Origin: Amoebophrya sp. A120
Lineage: Eukaryota; Protista; Dinoflagellata
Direction of reading: 5' to 3'
Assembly (NCBI GenBank): GCA_905178155.1
Contig: CAJINV010000001.1
Span: forward strand, 2,190,938 to 2,197,638
DNA: 6,701 nt
Part shown: piece after piece, positions 1 through 6,377 of the stretch
How the letters are laid out: every line of letters begins with the position of its first letter
How positions within the stretch are numbered: position 1 is the first letter of the stretch
Translations under genes and position numbers: made by a program
The notes under the pieces: generated by a model
What the model saw: only the letters and a program-made list of their open reading frames with translations
The model's database searches: none
What the model was told of the DNA's origin: nothing

Positions 1-379
1 CAGCGTCATCGTTGGGAATGTGAAAGCAGTTTTCCGACTTCGCTTGGCCCACGCAGACCTCTTTAATGCAGCTTGCTTGTGTTCCATCGCTTACGTTGCT
101 CAGGTCAGAGTTGGAGTTCTTGCAACTCTCCACACATTCATCGAAGATTTTAAAATCACACATCGGATTGCGCTTTTTTTTCATAAAACTCAGCTTCGCG
201 GTCGTACGTTTTTGGGATTTGCCGTTCTGCCCCATTTGGACAAAACCCACCGGATCGGTCTCGCTTCCCGCCCAGCTGTGGGTTGTCGGCGGCTTCTTCG
301 TCTTCGACGCGAAGACAAACTCGCCGCTCCCCCCCCCCAGGGGGTTGGCAGCAGCGACGATGGCAGCTTTTTTCATCAT
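1..379 (-). CDS. Hypothetical Cys-rich protein, 5' part, truncated at the window's left edge; possibly secreted
   Basis: Absent from the ORF track because it has no stop in the window. Manual minus-strand translation from ATG 379 is open to base 1: MMKKAAIVAAANPLGGGSGEFVFASKTKKPPTTHSWAGSETDPVGFVQMGQNGKSQKRTTAKLSFMKKKRNPMCDFKIFDECVESCKNSNSDLSNVSDGTQASCIKEVCVGQAKSENCFHIPNDDA. There are six Cys in the last ~55 aa. An acceptor-like ctctttAG ends at 404, 25 nt upstream of the ATG. Confidence 0.65.
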   Translation of the reverse strand, partial: MMKKAAIVAAANPLGGGSGEFVFASKTKKPPTTHSWAGSETDPVGFVQMGQNGKSQKRTTAKLSFMKKKRNPMCDFKIFDECVESCKNSNSDLSNVSDGTQASCIKEVCVGQAKSENCFHIPNDDA

Positions 380-1080
380 CTTCTTGAGAGGACTGAGACA
401 GACCTAAAGAGTGATCTAGTTCCAGCGACTGGTATTCTGACTGGTGTTGCTACTAGAAGTAGACTGTCGTTATTGCACACGACCTTAGTGTTAGCAAGGG
501 TAGAGGTAGAGCGCAGGATGTTAGTTGTGGGTGTTGTTCTTTGTGCGTCGGCCCAACCTCGAACGAGGAAAAAACCTTGGGATCTGGTGAGAGGAAAGAA
601 TAGCAGTGCTGGTAAGTTGCTGAATGGTTTGAGCCTTTAGTTTACCTTCTACACGACTCTGACTCACTGGTAAAAATATATACTTACACGTGTATGTTTG
701 GAACGACGTACTGGAGGTACTTCAGACGATCAAGAGGATGAAATGCCGGTGCAAGTGCAGCTCTACTTTTTCGTGAGAGCGATTGAAAGACTAAAGAGAG
801 ACAACGTATTTCTTCTAATTTGAAAGGGTGAACGAAACTACATTTTGGTGACTTAGACTTCAGGGGGACTGCACCAGCAAACCATAAATTTGCACCTTGC
901 GTTTGAACGAACGTCACGAATTTCGGACGACACAATGACAACAACTACTCGCTTCGCCGTTCTTAAATAAGGCTCGAAACGAAAGTGTGCCTGCGCCACG
1001 AAAACGACAGCTGCCTCGTACATGATAACGATGCATAACCATAATGGCTAGTGAACTTTCAAACTACTTACATCATGGCT

Positions 1081-1100
1081 CACGACCAGTCCTGGTCGTG
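1081..1100. repeat. Perfect inverted repeat, 9-bp arms, 2-nt spacer
   Basis: cacgaccag-tc-ctggtcgtg, read directly from the sequence. Confidence 0.85.
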
Positions 1101-1263
1101 GTGGTGCAACACGGCACTACGGTATCGTGCGACACGAAAAATGTCTGAAGAAGAAACAGCCTAACAGGAACGAAAATTTTCTGTGCCAGCATCTGCACTA
1201 TATCTCTAGTGTTAAGAACACCAAGAACATCACCCGAACATGCCTTATTGACCTTTGGCTTTG

Positions 1264-1321
1264 CTACCATCATGATGAGCGTCTTCTACTTCTAATCTTC
1301 GTACGTTCTACCATCATGATG
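1264..1321. repeat. 14-bp direct repeat, two copies, each containing a 10-bp palindrome
   Basis: ctaccatcatgatg occurs at 1264-1277 and 1308-1321. The core catcatgatg is self-complementary. Confidence 0.8.
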
Positions 1322-1370
1322 CTGCTATCTTACACACGTTTCATTATGAAACGTGTGTAAGATAGCAGCA
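1320..1370. repeat. Perfect 51-bp palindrome (25-bp arms, 1-nt spacer); hairpin or cruciform
   Basis: tgctgctatcttacacacgtttcat (1320-1344), then t, then atgaaacgtgtgtaagatagcagca (1346-1370). The arms are exact reverse complements. Confidence 0.97.
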
Positions 1371-1548
1371 CCTGCCAGAACCAGGAGTTAAAGCTGCAGG
1401 GGGCGCCAGCACACTGATGATGATGTTGGAGTTCACGTTCAAGGTCCACAGAATAAAGATTTCGAGCCTGGTTCTCAGTTTTTTATGCGAGGAACCACTG
1501 CCGTTATTTTCTTCATCGTGGTAAAACTCAACGCCTCCATCACTCAAC

Positions 1549-3831
1549 CTAAAGCAGTATTCCATGTAGTTCCAGGCATTTTCGTTTCGTGTCTCCTCGC
1601 GCAACATCTTCATTTCGTGCGATCGAAAAGTGATCTTCGCCTTCAGCTTTGTCCTGATTACCAGCACCAAAAACTTCCTCCTCATCCCCGTGGAGGACGT
1701 ATTCGCCCCGCGACAAAAGCCGCACAGTCGTCGTGTAGGTGCCAGTCTCTGGTTTACCGTACGGAAACTGAAGGAGGTCGTTTTGTTCCTGTTGACCGTC
1801 CTGCTGCTTATTCTCGACGCCTACCTCCACGCCCAGCACACCTTTGGCGTGTTCTATCTGAATTTCATAACTTTGCTTTTTCGCGGTTGGATTGTTCACG
1901 GCGCTTTCAAGTCGTTCTTTCTCGAGCCGCGCAGCCTGCACCCGATGGGGCAAGGTTCCCGGTATCAAAGCTGCGGCGGCGAGAGCCTGGCCAGCGGTCA
2001 TCGCGCAGGTTGGGTGAAGTTCCTGCCGACCTGGGTTCACGAAGTACAGGCACTTCAAAGGTGTGGGTGTATCTTTATCGCTGTTATCTTGTTTCCCCTC
2101 GTAGTCGTTAAGCAACAAGGCAACCTTTGGAGCGTCTTTGCCGCGGCAATCTCCCATTCCCATTTTCAAAGCAGCCGCCAGGCGAATTTGCTCCAGATAC
2201 GTGTAGAGCCCGTCGTCCACAGCACCGAACTCGATGCACCTGCTCGCTAACGTGTTTTCTTCATCTTCGAAGAAGTTGTCCCTGTAAAACCGCCGCAGTG
2301 CGAGACGAAGCAATGGAAACTTAGCAAGCTCCGATGCACCGACGATCACAAGCGCCCGAGCGAAGTCAATGCAGGTGACGTTCTTCACCGTGAAGGACAG
2401 GGACCTGCGGGGGCGCGCAGCTGAAAAAAGATCTTCATCTTTTTCATCATCTTCTGAATCTTCTGATGATGATTCGGCAAGGAACTTCTCTACGGTAAAA
2501 GCATCCACTACATTCCCCGTTGGAAACAACTCTCCATTCGTCTGTGTTCCCACGACACCGTGGCTGGTGATGCGCGTCGGGGCGCCCGGGCTTGGGACGC
2601 CGGGAACCTGGAAGTCGCCCGTGTACCGCACGTATACGTTAGAAGTTGTTGCTTTAGAGGCCGCTTGTAGTTGTTCTCCTGCTTCATCACGCGGGCGCTT
2701 GTAACTCGTGCGGTTTGCGTTTGCGACGTTATTTGTCTCATAAAAATTTGCAGCGCGATCTTCACGCTCCATCGCGTTCTTATCAGCTATCGGAAATGTC
2801 GTAACTGGAACCTCAATCGTGTACACTGCCTTTGAATTTCGGCTGTACAAACGGACAGGGCACGTCGAGCTCGTGGAGGTTACACCATCACGGTCGCGAG
2901 ACTTCTCATGCGAAGTAGCACTACTAGTGTTGCAGCAGTGTTCCAATTCTACCAGTCCCTTCTCAATCCCGAACGCGGCCACGGCAGCCAGCATGTTTCC
3001 GCAGTCGCCGTGCGAATGGTCAACCCCTGCCTCCTTCACGCCACATTGGAAAAATTCGTACGCCAAATCGGCTACAACTGCAGGAGATTTTTCGTTTTTG
3101 GCACCCGTTTGCGTTTCGTCTTCAGCATTATACCTGCCAACGACGCACGCCTTCGTGGTCACCGGCGATCCGCCGCCGAGCCCCTGCAAATTTTGCGGGA
3201 CCCCAGAACCCATGATACGAGCAATCAACTGGTCACGACGACGGTAGAAATTTGCTCTACTTTGCAGCGATAGTGGCACTTCATCTGCTGGGTTTGAGAA
3301 GTCCGAAGCTGGAAGATCTCCTGGAGGTGTGTGTTCCTTTTTTATTCCTCTAGAACGACTACTCGAGGAACCGCCTGCTCCCGATGATGAACCAGGCAAC
3401 CGTTTGTCTTTGTCAGGCTCGCCACGAAGATCTTCCAGAGATGTAACTCCTTTCGAATTCGATGCAGCTGCAGTTGTGGGAGTGGGTCCACCAACATTAT
3501 AGTCCTCTTCTAGCAAAACGGACTCCAGGTCCTGTTCGAGGAAATATGCACCGCGGGAAGTTCCGCTACGGTACAAGAAGAAAGGAACGGTCTTCGGCCA
3601 AGAGGCCGGAGCTGACGACATCAAGGTCGTCGACATGTTGATTTTATTTTTTCCCGTTTGTGAAATGGAAAAAGAAAAACCTCGTCGTGTTGATGTAAAG
3701 GAAGACTCAGAAGGCTTTTTAACGCTACAGCTCGAGCACGAGCTCGTCGCTCGGAAGGAGCTACTAGTAGAAAATGATTTATGTTTACGGAAGACACCTT
3801 GTGCAGCGCCCGATCGGGCCCACAAAAACAT
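1549..3831 (-). CDS. prpF: PrpF-family isomerase (PrpF 2-methylaconitate cis-trans isomerase / LigU-GalD 4-oxalomesaconate tautomerase / Mii family, DapF-like fold), 760 aa from ATG 3831
   Basis: Family motifs appear in the expected order: FLYRSGTSRGAYFLEQDL (consensus MRGGTSKGxFF), IMGS..QNLQGLGGGSPVTTKACVV (GxGGxxxxTSK, catalytic Lys), VDHSHGDCGNMLAAVAAFGIEKGL (NCGN, catalytic Cys, codon 3001-3003), YTGDFQVPGVPSPGAP, GELFPTGNVVD, VTCID, IRLAAALKMGMG, PKV, HPTCAMTAGQALAAAALIPGTL, IEHAKG and TTVRLLSRG. The raw ORF extends to 4023. I prefer ATG 3831 because a probable intron lies at 3908-4002; ATG 3636 is an alternative start. The symbol denotes the family only, and the substrate is not established. 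Confidence 0.9.
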   Translation of the reverse strand: MFLWARSGAAQGVFRKHKSFSTSSSFRATSSCSSCSVKKPSESSFTSTRRGFSFSISQTGKNKINMSTTLMSSAPASWPKTVPFFLYRSGTSRGAYFLEQDLESVLLEEDYNVGGPTPTTAAASNSKGVTSLEDLRGEPDKDKRLPGSSSGAGGSSSSRSRGIKKEHTPPGDLPASDFSNPADEVPLSLQSRANFYRRRDQLIARIMGSGVPQNLQGLGGGSPVTTKACVVGRYNAEDETQTGAKNEKSPAVVADLAYEFFQCGVKEAGVDHSHGDCGNMLAAVAAFGIEKGLVELEHCCNTSSATSHEKSRDRDGVTSTSSTCPVRLYSRNSKAVYTIEVPVTTFPIADKNAMEREDRAANFYETNNVANANRTSYKRPRDEAGEQLQAASKATTSNVYVRYTGDFQVPGVPSPGAPTRITSHGVVGTQTNGELFPTGNVVDAFTVEKFLAESSSEDSEDDEKDEDLFSAARPRRSLSFTVKNVTCIDFARALVIVGASELAKFPLLRLALRRFYRDNFFEDEENTLASRCIEFGAVDDGLYTYLEQIRLAAALKMGMGDCRGKDAPKVALLLNDYEGKQDNSDKDTPTPLKCLYFVNPGRQELHPTCAMTAGQALAAAALIPGTLPHRVQAARLEKERLESAVNNPTAKKQSYEIQIEHAKGVLGVEVGVENKQQDGQQEQNDLLQFPYGKPETGTYTTTVRLLSRGEYVLHGDEEEVFGAGNQDKAEGEDHFSIARNEDVARGDTKRKCLELHGILL

Positions 3832-3907
3832 ATCCGTTTGTATATTGTTTAGAACAGTAGTTTGGTCAGACCCGTCTATGAAGATCCTAGAATAGTTAGA
3901 TAGAACC

Positions 3908-4002
3908 CTGAAAAAAGGAGATGCGAGCAATGAGACACACGACCGGATCTTCACATGGATCATTTTTTGTTTTCGACTCATCATCAAAGGCATGTTACTT
4001 AC
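3908..4002 (-). other. Probable 5'-UTR spliceosomal intron of the PrpF-family gene (95 nt)
   Basis: Minus-strand donor aat|GTAAGT at 4002 and acceptor ctccttttttcAG ending at 3908. The length matches the 80-97 nt introns of the neighbouring gene. Confidence 0.55.
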
Positions 4003-4033
4003 ATTTTTCAAACCGAAATACATTTTCCACCTT

Positions 4034-4128
4034 CTACCAAGAAAACGACCGAGTCTCTTCCTGCATCAGCAAGTACATCCAGCACGTGACCAAAACATAG
4101 TTCATCGGTCAGCTTCTTGATCTTTTAC
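4034..4128 (-). other. Possible second 5'-UTR intron (95 nt; alternative acceptors at 4031 and 4061)
   Basis: Minus-strand donor aag|GTAAAA at 4128 and acceptor ttttcttggtAG ending at 4034, followed by aAG (a NAGNAG site). Confidence 0.3.
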
Positions 4129-4234
4129 CTTGATTTTCTATCGCGAATGATCAGTGAGAGTGATCTGGATTTAAGCTGATCTTCATTCAGGCTCCATTCG
4201 TTGTATTTCTTAGTCTTCAGATTATGCACAATCT

Positions 4235-4269
4235 AGCTGAGTCGGATCAATGTGCACCAGCTGAGTCGG
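4235..4269. repeat. 11-bp direct repeat, two copies
   Basis: agctgagtcgg occurs at 4235-4245 and 4259-4269. Each copy is preceded closely by tgcac. Confidence 0.7.
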
Positions 4270-4765
4270 TCTATTCTACGTCAGTCTTCCTCGGTATGTG
4301 ACACAACCAGACAAAATAAATGCAGGTCAAGATGCTACTAGCACGGACAACGTCGCTCTTGCTTTCTATTTAGAAAAATGCGCTTTGTTTCCCGACGGTT
4401 AAGGTCTAATTTTTCGTCCCGTTCCAATTTTACAAAAAGACGATCGCTATCCGCCACCAGCAGCCTGGGACTTCTGCGAGGTCAACAAGGAAGTGCATTT
4501 TTCTGTTAATAAACGTCATCACAACAACTCACAACCACCTGCTGCAGTCAGCGTTGTTATTTTCTACTCTGCGCAATTGAAATCCAGCGTAAATTTGGCT
4601 GTTGACTATTCACAACTACGTAAAAACGCGGCAATATCTACGTGTGTAGGCCCTCTGTGATACTTGTAAAAAAAAGTTACCGTGATACTGCTGTTTTTCT
4701 GGTTTATCAATTCGAATAATGATCCATCTTCAAGACAGAGTTGTATATTGTTGGCGTGCTCGCTC

Positions 4766-4826
4766 TCGCTATGGCCATAGCGATTAGGACGGTGCGAGAC
4801 GCACAGTCCTCAGCGCGCGCTCGCGA
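4766..4826. repeat. Cluster of adjacent palindromes and hairpins
   Basis: tcgctatggccatagcga (perfect 18-bp palindrome, 4766-4783); aggac-g-gtgcg-aga-cgcac-a-gtcct (4786-4810); agcgcgcgct (4812-4821); tcgcga (4821-4826). Confidence 0.9.
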
Positions 4827-5073
4827 TGTACGAAAAAACCCTTCGCATTTTTCTGAGCATGACACTAATAAAGTCGTTGGTGTCCTCCAATCACATTCAT
4901 GTTCAAAGAAATAAACTATCAGCCGTGCATCTGGCAGACAAATCTCCCAGAGTGGGAGATGTGCTGCCAGAATTCTTTTTGTAGTATACTAAAGCATAAG
5001 CAACAGGAGGAAAAGCCTAATACAACAGGAACGAACAGGATGAAGCAACCAGAGGACCAAGTTCTGGTCCTTG

Positions 5074-6343
5074 TTATTCCAAAAACAGTTTTTGGTGGGG
5101 CTCCAGGAACTTGTTGCACTCCGACAGGTCGTTCCGAAGCCGCGTTGCCCGCTTGCGATTCCTGGTTTCCAGCAGCTCCTCGAGGGCCTGCTGCTTGACC
5201 ACTTTTCCGGAGACAATCTCGTAGTCGTGCTCCGGCAGCAGCGGAAATTTGGGCGGCTCGCGCAAATCCTGGAGTCTCTTGAGCGCCGCGCGCGCCTCCT
5301 CCCGCTCGGGAAAGGAGTCCGAGTCGATTTTCGCCGCCGACGCCTGCAGCTGGTCCCACTCTGCTTTTCTGCGCTGCCACACCTCCTCGCCCTTCGCAAT
5401 CACGTCCGGGTGGTACCATGATTTCAGGTATTCGTGCATCTTCGGCCGCGGCATCTCAAACGTTAGGGTGTGCAAGGGAAACTTCTGAGCCAACAAAGTC
5501 AGAAGCTGCAGCTCCACGCGTTCTATTGATGATGTTGCAATTTGCGGCCCTTGCGATCAAAATTGCTGTCGTGGCATATTACGAGGAATCAATTGCGTTT
5601 GTCTTTGCGTTTTACATACCCACCAGCATGACAAAGATAAGTAAATCTAGTTGTGTCAGCATTTCCACTGCGTATTCATCTCGCCCATCGCTGTCCGTGT
5701 CGCTGGGAATATCGCAATTTCTGGAGAGGAAAATCGCCATTACCCCCACCTTCAGAAATCTGCAATGCAAAAAGTAGAGGGGCATATGATTTAGTTTTTT
5801 TTTTTGGGTTGCATTTTATCATGCGTGTGCGCATCACAGACTGGTGAGGGTAATGGTAAAAATCTTCCACAGCATACGGTCGCCCGGTATGCGATCGGCC
5901 GGAAGAAACCGGATGCCTAGTTAAGAGTTCATTGCATGCGATTAAATTATCTTAATCTTTCTTTTGTCATCACGCAAGCGAGTAAGTAAGTACTTCTACA
6001 ATTTCTTATCTTCTGCTTCTGAACGAGTCCTATATAGGAACGAAAAAACCGAATTCACGTGAAATCTGAGAAAAGGGTTCTAGTACGTTCTCCCAGTATG
6101 TCGCCGCACTGTTTCGGGCCCATGTGTCCCCCACCTTCCGCGGTACAGACCGGGAAGGGGTCCATATTTGAAAAGGGATCGTCCACGTTTCGGTTCTCCC
6201 GGTACACATCGCTCCACTGCGGAAAGTTGCTGCCCAACATCTCGAACCCCATCGCTTCCAGTGTGAGTTTGGGCTCGAAGGTGTAGGAAAAATCCCGAAT
6301 CGGCGGCTCCTCCTCCACGCCAAGCATGTACTCGAAGTCGCAC
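5074..6343 (-). CDS. Multi-exon hypothetical protein (at least 308 aa; 5' end unresolved). Exons 6343-6110, 6029-6000, 5916-5842, 5759-5620, 5522-5074
   Basis: Four canonical GT-AG introns with compatible phases join the fragments into one open frame: CDFEYMLGVEEEPPIRDF...GGGHMGPKQ/TRSEAEDKKL/HPVSSGRSHTGRPYAVEDFYHYPHQ/FLKVGVMAIFLSRNCDIPSDTDSDGRDEYAVEMLTQLDLLIFVMLV/ERVELQLLTLLAQKFPLH...HQKLFLE*. The model includes ORF-track entries 6055..6327 and 5074..5517. The C-terminus is charged and probably helical. I recognise no family. The two upstream junctions have alternative solutions. Confidence 0.7.
5523..5619 (-). other. Spliceosomal intron (97 nt, phase 1)
   Basis: GTG G|GTATGT ... catcaatAG|AA CGC GTG. 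Splicing removes an in-frame TAA and restores the frame into the 5074..5517 ORF. Confidence 0.8.
5760..5841 (-). other. Spliceosomal intron (82 nt, phase 2)
   Basis: CAC CA|GTCTGT ... ctttttgcattgcAG|A TTT CTG. It has a pyrimidine tract and an internal A11 run. Confidence 0.7.
5917..5999 (-). other. Spliceosomal intron (83 nt, phase 2)
   Basis: AAA TT|GTAGAA ... ctcttaactAG|G CAT CCG. It is AT-rich relative to the flanking exons. Confidence 0.55.
6030..6109 (-). other. Spliceosomal intron (80 nt, phase 2)
   Basis: AAA CA|GTGCGG ... ttttttcgttcctatatAG|G ACT. An alternative donor GTACTA near 6086 would change the phase. Confidence 0.5.
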
Positions 6344-6377
6344 CTTCAGTGCCATAAAAAGTAGAGTATGAAGATCG

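Noticed and set aside
329-338. C10 homopolymer as a frameshift or phase-variation tract
   Set aside because: It reads in frame as Leu-Gly-Gly-Gly on the minus strand with no sign of disruption, although a homopolymer length error cannot be excluded.
20-640. Plus-strand ORFs 20..640 and 66..407
   Set aside because: They are antisense shadows of the more protein-like minus-strand frame 379..1 and have no motifs.
667-687. Minus-strand GTAAGT donor at 687 paired with ttttaccAG ending at 667
   Set aside because: A 21-nt intron is too short compared with the others. The donor, or AG|GTAAAC at 645, may pair with acceptor 404 as a UTR intron, but this cannot be resolved from sequence.
684-1360. Short ORFs 684..944, 1073..1273 and 1127..1360
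   Set aside because: They have no recognisable motifs, mostly use non-ATG starts, and run through repeats and palindromes in an intergenic region.
1320-1370. Rho-independent terminator or CRISPR repeat reading of the long palindrome
   Set aside because: There is no U-tract, the context is eukaryotic, and it is a single copy with no repeat-spacer array.
1344-3895. ORFs overlapping the PrpF-family CDS (1344..1685, 1485..2111, 1630..2250, 2127..2324, 2369..2704, 2508..2765, 2819..3247, 2908..3273, 3635..3895)
   Set aside because: They are antisense or alternate-frame by-products of a well-supported CDS.
4899-5870. ORFs 4899..5198, 4919..5419, 4989..5399, 5071..5421, 5249..5488, 5418..5777, 5653..5847 and the read-through part of 5676..5870
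   Set aside because: They are explained as shadow frames or intron read-through of the spliced minus-strand gene.
5981-5992. agtaagtaagta: plus-strand donor-like GTAAGT and a 4-nt tandem repeat
   Set aside because: It lies inside a minus-strand intron and no plus-strand gene supports it.
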